A DNA stretch of 64,000 nucleotides from a virus (taxonomy: Duplodnaviria > Caudoviricetes). The DNA is taken from positions 1-64,000 of IMG/VR virus record IMGVR_UViG_3300042254_000186. The stretch is one strand, 5' to 3'. Of the stretch, positions 8,157 through 17,527 are shown piece after piece. Each line of letters starts with the position of its first letter. The stretch's first letter is position 1. The position numbers and the translations under genes are program-made. The notes under the pieces are model-generated. The model saw only the letters and a list, made by a program, of their open reading frames with translations. It was not told the DNA's origin and did no database searches.

Positions 8157-9734
8157 ATGGTATTAAGACCTTATCAAAATGAAGCAGTCAGTGCAATTCG
8201 AAACGAATGGAGTCAAGGACATCAAAAAACGCTATTAGTACTTCCAACGGGTACTGGTAAAACAGTCGTGTTTTCAAAAGTTGTTGAAGAGGAAACTAAG
8301 GATGGAAGTAACGCATTAATTCTTGCGCATCGTGGAGAATTGCTCGATCAAGCTTCAGAGAAATTATTAGAAACGAGTGGATTGGATTCAGCTTTGGAAA
8401 AGGCTGAATCTAGTTCCATCGGTTCAAAAAAGCGAGTGACTGTTGCATCCGTTCAAACACTATCTCAAGAAAAAAGACTCACAGCATTTGCTAAGAATCA
8501 TTTTAAGACCATAGTAGTAGATGAAGCACATCATTCCATGAGTGATACCTATCAACGCATACTTACCCATTTCGATGGTGCTAATGTGCTCGGAGTCACT
8601 GCAACGCCTGATCGCTCTGATCAGAAAAGTTTAGGAAAGTATTTTGACTCAAAAGCATATGAATACTCACTTCATCAAGCGATTAGAGAAGGTTATCTTT
8701 GCCCAGTTAAAGCACAGATGATTCCACTTGAACTCGATATTCACAGTGTCGGAGTGTCAAATGGTGATTACGCAGTTGGTGAAATTGGATCTGCACTAGA
8801 ACCTTATCTTAATCAAATTGCACTTGAGATGCTCAAGTACTGTAAAGGTCGAAAAACTCTCGTTTTCTTACCACTTATCAAAACATCACAGAAGTTTACT
8901 GAACTTTTAAACTTACACGGTATTAGAGCTGCAGAAGTTAATGGAAATAGCGTAGATCGCGATCAAATTTTAGAAGACTTCAAGGCTGGAGAATACGATG
9001 TCCTTTGTAATTCAATGTTATTAACAGAAGGTTTTGATCTCCCAGCAATTGATTGCATCATCGTATTAAGACCTACAAAGATTAGAAGTTTATACCAACA
9101 AATGGTAGGACGTGGGATGAGACTCCATCCGGGCAAAGAAGAGTTATTATTACTTGATTTCCTGTGGATGACAGAACGCCATGATTTATGTAGACCATCT
9201 GCACTGATTTCTAAGGATGCAGAACTTGCTAAACGTATCAATCAAAAGATGATAGATAAAGAAAGTGGTATTGATTTACTTGTTGCAGAAAAAGAAGCTG
9301 AAAATGATGTGATTCAGGAACGTGAAGATGCACTTGCAAGAGAACTTGCTGCAATGCGCAGAAAGAAAACTAAACTCGTCGATCCAATTCAGTATGCATT
9401 TTCTATAGCCGCAGAAGATCTAGCAAATTATGAACCTACATTTATGTGGGAGATGGGACCTGCTACTGAAAGACAACTTGATTACTTAGAAAAACATGGT
9501 ATTTATCCAGAAGCAGTAACTAGCTGTGGCATGGCAAGTATGCTTATTGAAAAACTAAAAAATAGACAAATAGAAGGCTTAGCGACACCAAAACAAATCC
9601 GTTTCTTAGAACGTTATGGGTTCTTACATGTTGGTATGTGGGCATTCGATGCAGCAAGCAAAATGATAACTCGAATTGCAGATAATCATTGGATGTTACC
9701 AAGAACTGTCAATGCTGCAACATATAGACCGTAG
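8157..9734 (+). CDS. SF2 DEAD/DEAH-box helicase
   Basis: LRPYQ, PTGTGKT, DEAH, TAT, LTEGFD, QMVGRGMR. Confidence 0.92.
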   Translation: MVLRPYQNEAVSAIRNEWSQGHQKTLLVLPTGTGKTVVFSKVVEEETKDGSNALILAHRGELLDQASEKLLETSGLDSALEKAESSSIGSKKRVTVASVQTLSQEKRLTAFAKNHFKTIVVDEAHHSMSDTYQRILTHFDGANVLGVTATPDRSDQKSLGKYFDSKAYEYSLHQAIREGYLCPVKAQMIPLELDIHSVGVSNGDYAVGEIGSALEPYLNQIALEMLKYCKGRKTLVFLPLIKTSQKFTELLNLHGIRAAEVNGNSVDRDQILEDFKAGEYDVLCNSMLLTEGFDLPAIDCIIVLRPTKIRSLYQQMVGRGMRLHPGKEELLLLDFLWMTERHDLCRPSALISKDAELAKRINQKMIDKESGIDLLVAEKEAENDVIQEREDALARELAAMRRKKTKLVDPIQYAFSIAAEDLANYEPTFMWEMGPATERQLDYLEKHGIYPEAVTSCGMASMLIEKLKNRQIEGLATPKQIRFLERYGFLHVGMWAFDAASKMITRIADNHWMLPRTVNAATYRP

Positions 9735-9744
9735 GAGGACGTAA

Positions 9745-11730
9745 ATGGACAGTATATTAGAAGCTTTAAAACAAATAGACGCATCAAATACAACATACGA
9801 AGAATGGATTCAAATAGGCATGGCTCTAAAAGTCGAAGGATATGACTGTTCAGTATGGGATGACTGGAGCAAGAATGACAGCCGTTATAAAGACGGTGAG
9901 TGCGATAGGAAATGGGGAACTTTCAAAGGTTCCTCTATTCCCATATCAGGTGGAACAATTATCAAGATGGCAAAAGATACAGGTTGGGAACCATATGGTG
10001 GAGTCATGGAATGGGACGACACGATTGAATACGATGGTGACGGATTAATTTACGACCCTACAACAGATCTCAAACCTTCTGAACAAATCATTAAATATCT
10101 TGAAACATTATTCAAAGATGATGAGAAAGTTGCTTTTGTAACAAATGATGTATGGCAAGACAGCAAAGGAAAATGGAAACCAGGAAAAGGATACTATGAT
10201 CGAACTGCAAAAGAACTAATAGATGAACTAAAAAAACACCCAGATGATATTGGTGCAGTCATTGGTGACTGGAAAGATGAATGTGGTGCATGGATTAGAT
10301 TTAATCCGGTTGATGGAAGTGGTGTTAAGAATGAAAACATTACTAGATTTACCTATGCATTAATTGAATCAGATGATATGCCTATTCCAGATCAAGATGC
10401 TCTATATAGAAGATTAGAATTACCAATTGCTTGTTTGGTTCATAGTGGTTCAAAAAGCCTACACGCAATCGTTAAAGTAGATGCTCCAAATTATCAAGAA
10501 TATCGAAAACGAGTGGAGTACTTGTATGGTTTCTTAGCTAAACATGATTTCAAAGTAGATACTGCAAATCGGAATCCATCAAGGCTTTCAAGACTACCAG
10601 GAGTAACTAGAAACGGTGTAATTCAAACATTAGTAGATACGAACTTAGGTAGACGAAACTGGAACGAATGGATGGATTTTGCTGAAGGTGTCAATGATGA
10701 AATGCCTAGTCTAAGATACTTAGATGAAGCACTTGCAAATCAACCTAAGTTACCTGATGAACTTATAGAAGGAGTGGTTCGTGTTGGACATAAAATGCTT
10801 ATATCTGGTTCATCCAAAGCAGGGAAGAGTTTTCTATTGATGGAACTTGCAATCGCTCTATCAGAAGGAGTTAAATGGCTTGGGTTTCAATGTAAAAAAT
10901 CAAAGGTATTGTATGTTAATTTAGAAATTGATGAACCAAGTGCAATTAATCGATTTGCTGTTATATATAAGGCAATGAAGGTAAAACCAAAATACAGTCA
11001 TGACGTAGTTATCTGGAACCTTAGAGGTCGTGCAATGCCACTTGATAAATTAGTACCGAAACTGATAAGAAAAGTAGCAAATCAAGGTTTCGATGCAATC
11101 ATTATTGATCCTATTTACAAGGTAATAACTGGTGATGAAAACAATGCATCCGATATGGGTAAGTTTAGTAATCAGTTCGACAAGATATGTAATGAAACAG
11201 GATGTACTGCTATCTATAGTCATCATCATTCTAAAGGCTCACAAGGATTTAAAAGAGCAATGGATAGGGCTTCGGGTTCTGGTGTGTTCGCACGAGATCC
11301 AGATGCACAACTCGACATGATTCAATTAGAGACAACAGAAGAATTTATGGCACAAAACGCAGATGTAATGACTTCAACAGCATGGCGTTTAGAGAGTAGT
11401 TTACGAGAGTTTCAGAACTTTAAACCAGTGAACTTTTGGTTTGAATATCCGATACATAGAATCGATGATACAGGTGTATTAGCTAAGAATTATGCAGACG
11501 GTGATCCAAAAGCTAACCTTGAAAAAAGCGGTAAAAGAAATCAAACACCTGAGTCTCGAAAAGAAGGTTTCGACACAGCGTTTGACATCAATGTAGACGA
11601 AGACGGAGTGTGTGATGTAGATGAACTTGCAGAGTATTTAGGTGTGAAAGAACGGACAGTGAGAGATCGTATTCGGGAATTTGATGACGACTATAAATAC
11701 TCAAAAGGTAAAGTTTACCGACGTAAATAA
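9745..11730 (+). CDS. Primase-helicase (PriCT-2 + AEP-like + AAA_25/RepA-like)
   Basis: N-terminal YEEWIQIGMAL..WDDWS, SGSKSLHA, RLSRLPG, Walker A GSSKAGKS, IIDP, SGSG. Confidence 0.85.
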   Translation: MDSILEALKQIDASNTTYEEWIQIGMALKVEGYDCSVWDDWSKNDSRYKDGECDRKWGTFKGSSIPISGGTIIKMAKDTGWEPYGGVMEWDDTIEYDGDGLIYDPTTDLKPSEQIIKYLETLFKDDEKVAFVTNDVWQDSKGKWKPGKGYYDRTAKELIDELKKHPDDIGAVIGDWKDECGAWIRFNPVDGSGVKNENITRFTYALIESDDMPIPDQDALYRRLELPIACLVHSGSKSLHAIVKVDAPNYQEYRKRVEYLYGFLAKHDFKVDTANRNPSRLSRLPGVTRNGVIQTLVDTNLGRRNWNEWMDFAEGVNDEMPSLRYLDEALANQPKLPDELIEGVVRVGHKMLISGSSKAGKSFLLMELAIALSEGVKWLGFQCKKSKVLYVNLEIDEPSAINRFAVIYKAMKVKPKYSHDVVIWNLRGRAMPLDKLVPKLIRKVANQGFDAIIIDPIYKVITGDENNASDMGKFSNQFDKICNETGCTAIYSHHHSKGSQGFKRAMDRASGSGVFARDPDAQLDMIQLETTEEFMAQNADVMTSTAWRLESSLREFQNFKPVNFWFEYPIHRIDDTGVLAKNYADGDPKANLEKSGKRNQTPESRKEGFDTAFDINVDEDGVCDVDELAEYLGVKERTVRDRIREFDDDYKYSKGKVYRRK

Positions 11731-11920
11731 TACGTACGGAAAGGCAAAAATCACCTATCAGTAAATATTACGCATTTACGGTGTAAATAGGGTGAAATTA
11801 CCTATACGTAAATGTTACGGAATGGCCTTATATATGTGTTGTACGTAACACGCTGACGCATGTTTGTAGGATAGGGCATTAAATGAGCCCTATCCCAAAC
11901 AAATGCATCATCGTCAGCAC
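11720..11920. repeat. Putative replication origin: iteron-like repeats plus long hairpin
   Basis: GTAAAT(A/G)(A/T)TACG at 11723, 11761, 11808; inverted repeat GCTGACG..GGATAGGGC / GCCCTATCC..CGTCAGC at 11852-11918. Confidence 0.55.
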
Positions 11921-11971
11921 TTGCCTATCTTCATCTGAAAATTCTAAAAAATTCTAAAAAAGGAGGAAACT

Positions 11972-12385
11972 ATGAAAATATTTCTACTACTAGATCCACC
12001 TACAATTACTGCTCAACAAAATAAAGTAACACTGGTGAACAACAAACCAGTTTTCTATAAACCTGAAAAATTAAAGAAAGCAAGACGAACAATTATCAAA
12101 CATCTCAAACCATTCAAACCGAAGGAACCAATGCAAGGTCCAATCAGGCTTGATGTGATTTGGAGATTTCCTAGAGGTAAGAGACATAAACATCGGGAGT
12201 GGAGAGTAACAAGACCAGATACTGATAATTTGGAAAAGATGCTGAAAGATTGCATGACGGAAGTTGGATTCTGGAATGATGATGCACAAGTGGTAGTTGA
12301 GCATGTGGAGAAGTTATGGTCCGATGATCCAACTGGGATATCAATCGAAATTAATGTGTTAAGTAAACTGAAGGAGGAGCTATGA
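11972..12385 (+). CDS. rusA: RusA-family Holliday junction resolvase
   Basis: RPDTDNLEKMLKD...FWNDDAQV catalytic motif. Confidence 0.9.
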   Translation: MKIFLLLDPPTITAQQNKVTLVNNKPVFYKPEKLKKARRTIIKHLKPFKPKEPMQGPIRLDVIWRFPRGKRHKHREWRVTRPDTDNLEKMLKDCMTEVGFWNDDAQVVVEHVEKLWSDDPTGISIEINVLSKLKEEL

Positions 12386-12828
12386 AAGATGTGAATGAAT
12401 ACCTAAGCCGATATCACAATACAAAAGTGAAGATTCAAAAACTACAAGCGTTAGTGGATGAATATATTCGTTTGGCTAATGAAGTACCAGGAATTCAATT
12501 TGATGCAATTCGAGTTGATGGTGGTAAAAATCTAAAAGCTCCATTTGAGAAGTGGATACTAAAAGCGCTGGACTATGAATTAGAAATAAAAGATATGGAA
12601 AAGAATCTGCCAATCATAAAAGCTGACATCCTAAAAACGATAGAAAAACTCAAGGATTTTGAAATGGAACGTGTGTTAATTTTGCGATATATTGATTGGC
12701 TAACGTGGAATCAAATAGCAGCAAGGATGTATGTATCTATTTCGACACTAAAAAGGTTGCATAAGATAGCGATAGATTGTATTTCAACAAATACTAAAGA
12801 AACACAAGAATTTAAGTGTGAAACGTGA
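12382..12828 (+). CDS. DUF1492/RinA/ArpU-like late transcription activator
   Basis: LILRYIDWLTWNQIAARMYVSISTLKRLH C-terminal HTH; last gene of the replication module. Confidence 0.8.
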   Translation: MKDVNEYLSRYHNTKVKIQKLQALVDEYIRLANEVPGIQFDAIRVDGGKNLKAPFEKWILKALDYELEIKDMEKNLPIIKADILKTIEKLKDFEMERVLILRYIDWLTWNQIAARMYVSISTLKRLHKIAIDCISTNTKETQEFKCET

Positions 12829-13115
12829 TAAAATAATAATGGTGTTGAAAGCGCATCAACATCCGGTACAATGCTTGCTTGTGTTGAAAACTTTAGTGCA
12901 CTAAGGGGAAGCAATATATGCAAAATCCAAACATTGTATTCCGCAAAAACAGGAGTAATTATGAAAAGAATCTTTAAAAATCTTGCTATTGCGGCGGTTA
13001 ATACATTATTATTTTGAGTTAGCATGAATATCGCTGGTCTAAATATTATGTATGCTGCTTTAGCATTCTGTTTTGCTTGAGAATTTATTAAAAAGCAAAA
13101 GCAGCTCTAACTGGG

Positions 13116-13148
13116 GAGTACCATCGTAAGGTGGTACTCAACTTTTTT
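13116..13148 (+). terminator. Intrinsic terminator
   Basis: GAGTACCA-loop-TGGTACTC followed by T-run. Confidence 0.7.
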
Positions 13149-13204
13149 ATAATATACAACTATATAAGAGCGTAAATACAATCAAATGAATGTTTTTATA
13201 ATTA

Positions 13205-13276
13205 TGGACTTTAATGGACCATTTTGAACCCCTGTGAACTATTGTGAATTTGTCAAGAGTGTGATAGTATTATAAT
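13205..13276 (+). promoter_or_regulatory. Late promoter with phased activator boxes
   Basis: TG(G/A)A(C/T) at 13205, 13215, 13225, 13235, 13245 (10-bp period), then TATAAT at 13271-13276. Confidence 0.6.
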
Positions 13277-13433
13277 GAGCAAGGTGTAAGAAACATGGAA
13301 TACTGGCTATGAGACCAGCCTAGAAACGAGAAGAATTCAGTAGAATGGGTTCTTTTTTGTTTTTGCAGAGATACTTGTAGTATTCCAACTGGTATATAAT
13401 TACAATTTTTTGATACAGTTGGAGTGATTTTTT

Positions 13434-13961
13434 ATGAAAGGAAAGATGCTTGACACGTATGAGCGTTGGGAGAAATCTGGACATTTAGAGAACAAATTAA
13501 AAGCCATAGCAGAAATGGTATCTAAAAGAGCTACTCAAAAACAAGTCGCTGAGTATTTGGGTATTACAGAAAAAACAGTCATCAAGTTACGCAAAGCACA
13601 TAAACGATTAGACGATGCGTTTCAGTTTGGTGATGAAGAACTAAAACTGAAGTTAGTTGATGCAATCTATCAACGAGCGATCGGTTTTGAATATGAAGAA
13701 ACACAGACCGTAATCGAGGAAACAAAAACAGGTACGAAAAAGCGTATCACAAAATACAAGAAGCAATCGTTACCTGATATTCAAGCAATCAAGTATTTGT
13801 TGATTACGAAGTTTGGTATTGAATACAACGAAAAGAAAGTAGAAATAGAACTAATGGAGAAACGCCTAGAAAAAGGTGAGGAGGTTTGGACTAATGAATA
13901 TAGTGATGAAATCAGTATCAACACTCCAAGAGTACGAAAACAATCCAAGAAACAACGATGA
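13434..13961 (+). CDS. HTH protein resembling a phage small-terminase-like family
   Basis: QKQVAEYLGITEKT HTH; VDAIYQRAIGFEYEE...PDIQAIKYLL pattern. Confidence 0.55.
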   Translation: MKGKMLDTYERWEKSGHLENKLKAIAEMVSKRATQKQVAEYLGITEKTVIKLRKAHKRLDDAFQFGDEELKLKLVDAIYQRAIGFEYEETQTVIEETKTGTKKRITKYKKQSLPDIQAIKYLLITKFGIEYNEKKVEIELMEKRLEKGEEVWTNEYSDEISINTPRVRKQSKKQR

Positions 13962-15105
13962 GGCAATCAAAGCAGTTGCTAATTCAATCAGAGAGTTCGG
14001 TTTCAAAGTTCCCATTGTCATTACGAGTGATAACGTCATTATAGCCGGACATACCCGATTAAAAGCCTCTGTGTCGCTCGGTTTAGAAGAAGTGCCATGT
14101 ATTATCGCAGATGACTTAAACGACGAACAAATCAAAGCATTTCGCTTAGCCGATAACAAGACAGCTGAACTAGCAACTTGGGATTTATCGAAGTTAGAGG
14201 ATGAACTAGCACACCTAGATATGGATATGCTTCAGTTTGGATTTGAGGAAATGGAAGAGTTGCTACCTGATAATGCAGCTGATGATGATTTTGATGTTGA
14301 TGATGAAATCCCTGAAATACCATTCTCACAACCAGGAGACATTTATGAACTTGGACCTCATCGATTAATGTGTGGTGATTCGACTGATAGTGAACAAGTG
14401 AAAACATTGCTTGATGGAAAAGAAGTTGACATGATTTTTACTGATCCTCCGTACAATGTTGATTATGAAGGAACAGCTGGCAAGATTAAAAACGATAAGA
14501 TGGAAGACGATACTTTCTATCTTTTTTTATTGGATGCTTTCAAGAATATGTTTGAACATACAAAGCCTGGTGGAGCGATCTATTGTTGCCATGCAGATAC
14601 TGAAGGACTCAACTTCAGAAATGCATTCAAGAACGCTGGATACAAACTAGCAGAATGTTTGATTTGGGTTAAGAATGCTTTAGTACTTGGTAGACAAGAT
14701 TATCACTGGAGACACGAACCAATTCTATATGGATGGAAAGAAGGAGCAGCTCATTACTTTGTAGATGATCGTTCTCAAGACACTATATGGGAATATAACA
14801 AACCTAGAAAGAATGAAGAGCATCCAACCATGAAACCATTAGAACTTGTGGGAAAAGCAATCAGTAATTCCTCAAGACGTCATGAATCAATATTGGATCT
14901 CTTTGGTGGATCTGGTTCAACGATGATTGCAGCTGATCAATTGGATAGAAAGTCATTCTTAATGGAACTTGATGAGAAGTTTATCGATGTAACAGTAAAA
15001 CGTTATATAAAACATAAAGGTTCAGAAGAGGATTGCTATTTAATCAGAGATGGAAAAAAGTCTCCACTTAGCGATTTCGATTACTTTGAAAATAAGTCAC
15101 TATAG
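13894..15105 (+). CDS. ParB-like N-terminus + N4/N6 DNA methyltransferase (beta class)
   Basis: NPRNN..SIREFGF..PIV..AGHTRL; DPPY; HPTMKP; LDLFGGSGST. Confidence 0.9.
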   Translation: MNIVMKSVSTLQEYENNPRNNDEAIKAVANSIREFGFKVPIVITSDNVIIAGHTRLKASVSLGLEEVPCIIADDLNDEQIKAFRLADNKTAELATWDLSKLEDELAHLDMDMLQFGFEEMEELLPDNAADDDFDVDDEIPEIPFSQPGDIYELGPHRLMCGDSTDSEQVKTLLDGKEVDMIFTDPPYNVDYEGTAGKIKNDKMEDDTFYLFLLDAFKNMFEHTKPGGAIYCCHADTEGLNFRNAFKNAGYKLAECLIWVKNALVLGRQDYHWRHEPILYGWKEGAAHYFVDDRSQDTIWEYNKPRKNEEHPTMKPLELVGKAISNSSRRHESILDLFGGSGSTMIAADQLDRKSFLMELDEKFIDVTVKRYIKHKGSEEDCYLIRDGKKSPLSDFDYFENKSL

Positions 15106-15175
15106 TGAAAATATAACTTGCTATTTGGTCTCTTTAGAGTGATATATATAGTAACCAAAACAAAGGAGGCTATTT

Positions 15176-15553
15176 ATGTTTAAGGAATTTAATGCACATC
15201 CAAAAGGAATCAAGACGTCAGATTGTGTTGTAAGAGCAATCGCAACAGCAACCGGCACTGATTACCTAGAGTGCCGTAGAGAATTGAATCGCAAGAAACG
15301 AGAACTCGGATATTCAAGTTACAAAGACACGAAGTTCTTATACGATTATTTGAAGGGTTACCCTAGACTGATTTATAAGGCAATCAAGGGAGAACCAAGA
15401 GTCAAAGGTAGCGACTTTACAGAGATGCATCCAAAAGGTACTTACATCCTTAAGATGGCTGGACACATTACAGCTTGTGTAGATGGAGTGATACTTGATA
15501 CTTGGGATTGTTCCTATCGATCTGTTTATACAGCTTGGGAGATAAAGAAATAA
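15176..15553 (+). CDS. Moron gene, conserved phage protein with a possible Cys-His-Asp triad
   Basis: DCVVRAIA...GHITACVDG...DTWD; own promoter (15116-15150) and terminator GGAGC-GAAA-GCTCC-T6 (15559-15578). Confidence 0.65.
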   Translation: MFKEFNAHPKGIKTSDCVVRAIATATGTDYLECRRELNRKKRELGYSSYKDTKFLYDYLKGYPRLIYKAIKGEPRVKGSDFTEMHPKGTYILKMAGHITACVDGVILDTWDCSYRSVYTAWEIKK

Positions 15554-15603
15554 CAATTGGAGCGAAAGCTCCTTTTTTACTAGTTGATAAAGGAGATGAA
15601 GTA

Positions 15604-16734
15604 ATGCAAGTAATAACAAGTGAATCCGTATTTAGTGGACATCCAGATAAGGTTTGTGACCAAATCAGCGATGCCATACTAGATGCAATTTTAGAACAAG
15701 ATAAAAATGCTCGAGTAGCAGTTGAGACAGCAATCAAGGATGATTTAGTATTTGTCTTTGGTGAGGTCACAACAACTGCAAAAGTAGACTATGCATATAT
15801 AGCGAAACAAAAACTCAAAGAGATAGGCTATGAAGATGAATTTGTTGTTATGGAAAAGATATCCAAACAATCACCAAATATTGCACTTGGTGTGAATTCA
15901 ACCGAATCACATGAACAAGGTGCTGGTGATCAAGGGATTATGTTTGGTTATGCTTGTAATGAAACACAAGAATTTATGCCCTTACCGATTATGTTAGCAA
16001 ACCAAATTTCAAAAGAAATGGATACAATCCGTAAAGAAAAATATTCACACATCTTTGGCCCTGATGGTAAATGTCAGGTGTCTGTTGGGTATGAAAATGG
16101 AAGACCTAAGAAAGTACAGACTATTGTTGTATCAGCTCAAACCAAAGAGGGTGTAAATCGAGAGTTGTATGAGGATATCATAATCAACGAAGTACTTACT
16201 AAAGTATTTGATTTCGATACGATTGTTGATGCTGATGTGTTAATCAATCCTACAGGTGAATTTGTGATTGGTGGTCCTTATGCAGATTCTGGATTAACTG
16301 GTAGAAAGATAATCGTTGATACATATGGTGGTTACGCAAAACATGGCGGAGGTGCCTTTTCAGGCAAGGATGTAAGCAAGGTTGATCGTAGTGCGGCTTA
16401 TTATGCCAGATACGTAGCAAAAGCCGTTGTCGGGGCAGGTTTGGCCACACACTGCGAGGTTCATTTGAGTTATGCAATTGGAGTAGCTAATCCAGTGAGT
16501 GTTTTAGTTAATACCTTTGATACTGGTGTTACATCTGATGAAGAGATACAAGCACTTGTGAATTATGTGTTTGATTTCAAACCTGAAAGCATAAGAAAAG
16601 AACTCAACCTTGATAGTATTAAGTTCCAGCAGTTAGCAAAGTATGGACACTTAGGTAGAGAAGATTTAGATGTTAGATGGGAACATGTAGATGATAAAAT
16701 TACCGAATTGAGAAACCTATATGAGAAAGCCTAA
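15604..16734 (+). CDS. metK: S-adenosylmethionine synthetase
   Basis: TSESV..GHPDKVCDQISD, GAGDQG, GLTGRKIIVDTYGG, GGGAFSGKD, KVDRSAAY. Confidence 0.97.
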   Translation: MQVITSESVFSGHPDKVCDQISDAILDAILEQDKNARVAVETAIKDDLVFVFGEVTTTAKVDYAYIAKQKLKEIGYEDEFVVMEKISKQSPNIALGVNSTESHEQGAGDQGIMFGYACNETQEFMPLPIMLANQISKEMDTIRKEKYSHIFGPDGKCQVSVGYENGRPKKVQTIVVSAQTKEGVNRELYEDIIINEVLTKVFDFDTIVDADVLINPTGEFVIGGPYADSGLTGRKIIVDTYGGYAKHGGGAFSGKDVSKVDRSAAYYARYVAKAVVGAGLATHCEVHLSYAIGVANPVSVLVNTFDTGVTSDEEIQALVNYVFDFKPESIRKELNLDSIKFQQLAKYGHLGREDLDVRWEHVDDKITELRNLYEKA

Positions 16735-17005
16735 AGAATTACATCGATTCTACAAATCAGTAGCATGGCAAGTGGCTAGAGAAATCAAGATACGAGATGT
16801 TAATGGGAAGTGTGAAAGATGTGGTGCTTTTGGAGAAGAAGTCCATCACGTCATTAAACTGACAGTACATAACATTAAGAATCCAGCGATCAGTTTGAAT
16901 CAAGAGAATCTCGAATTGCTGTGTAAGAAATGTCACAATGCAGAACACAAACGTTTCTCAAAGTCACAGCAATTTGATGAAGATGGTAACTTGGTTCCAA
17001 GATAA
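16721..17005 (+). CDS. HNH endonuclease (terminase-associated)
   Basis: CERC...VHH...NLELLCKKCHNAEH; upstream of the terminase genes. Confidence 0.9.
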   Translation: MRKPKELHRFYKSVAWQVAREIKIRDVNGKCERCGAFGEEVHHVIKLTVHNIKNPAISLNQENLELLCKKCHNAEHKRFSKSQQFDEDGNLVPR

Positions 17006-17061
17006 ACCTCGTTTTTATAATTCATTTTTGATATAATGTTTATAAAAAGGAGGAGAGTTAG

Positions 17062-17517
17062 ATGGCAAACTTAAAATTAAAATGTAAAGTATGTGGGAGC
17101 GAATTTCTTTTTACAGACGGGGAACAAAAGTTTTATTCACAAAAGGGATATAATGTTCCTAAGAAGTGTCCGAATTGTAGGGGTGGCAAAAAATTCGTTT
17201 CTGGAAGAACTTGTTTAGATGTGTTAGCAGATTTGCATAAAAATGACCAAATAAGTTATGGAGATCTTATGGATTTTACAAGGAGTATCCGTTTTGACAA
17301 TGGAGTTAATGCAAACTTACTGAAGGAGATTGGTAACATGCATAGAAATGATCAAATAAGTTATGGAGATCTAATGGATTTTATTAGAATAGTGATTGTT
17401 AATAAGTATAGTGGGGATATTCCGAGTAAGTTAAGATCATACAGAAATATGCATAGAAATGATCAAATAAGTTATGGAGATCTAATGGATTTTATTAGAA
17501 AGGAACTCCATAAGTAG
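17062..17517 (+). CDS. Zinc-ribbon (CxxC-x-CxxC) protein with three internal repeats
   Basis: CKVCGSEFLFTDGEQKFY..KG..PKKCPNCR; repeats (M/L)HxNDQISYGDLMDFxR. Confidence 0.75.
   Translation: MANLKLKCKVCGSEFLFTDGEQKFYSQKGYNVPKKCPNCRGGKKFVSGRTCLDVLADLHKNDQISYGDLMDFTRSIRFDNGVNANLLKEIGNMHRNDQISYGDLMDFIRIVIVNKYSGDIPSKLRSYRNMHRNDQISYGDLMDFIRKELHK
17233..17500 (+). repeat. Intragenic direct repeats
   Basis: Identical 52-nt copies at 17338-17389 and 17449-17500; degenerate copy starting at 17233. Confidence 0.9.
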
Positions 17518-17527
17518 CAAGAATTGA

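Noticed and set aside
13290-13325. CTGGCTATGAGACC resembling part of a SAM-I riboswitch
   Set aside because: The P1 AUC/GAU pairing and GCAAC core could not be placed; kept only as a generic structured leader.
17233-17500. Repeat-spacer pattern as a CRISPR mini-array
   Set aside because: Repeats are 52 nt, in frame, with periods divisible by 3, and encode a peptide repeat; no cas operon (DUF2800 is a phage Cas4-like replication-module nuclease).
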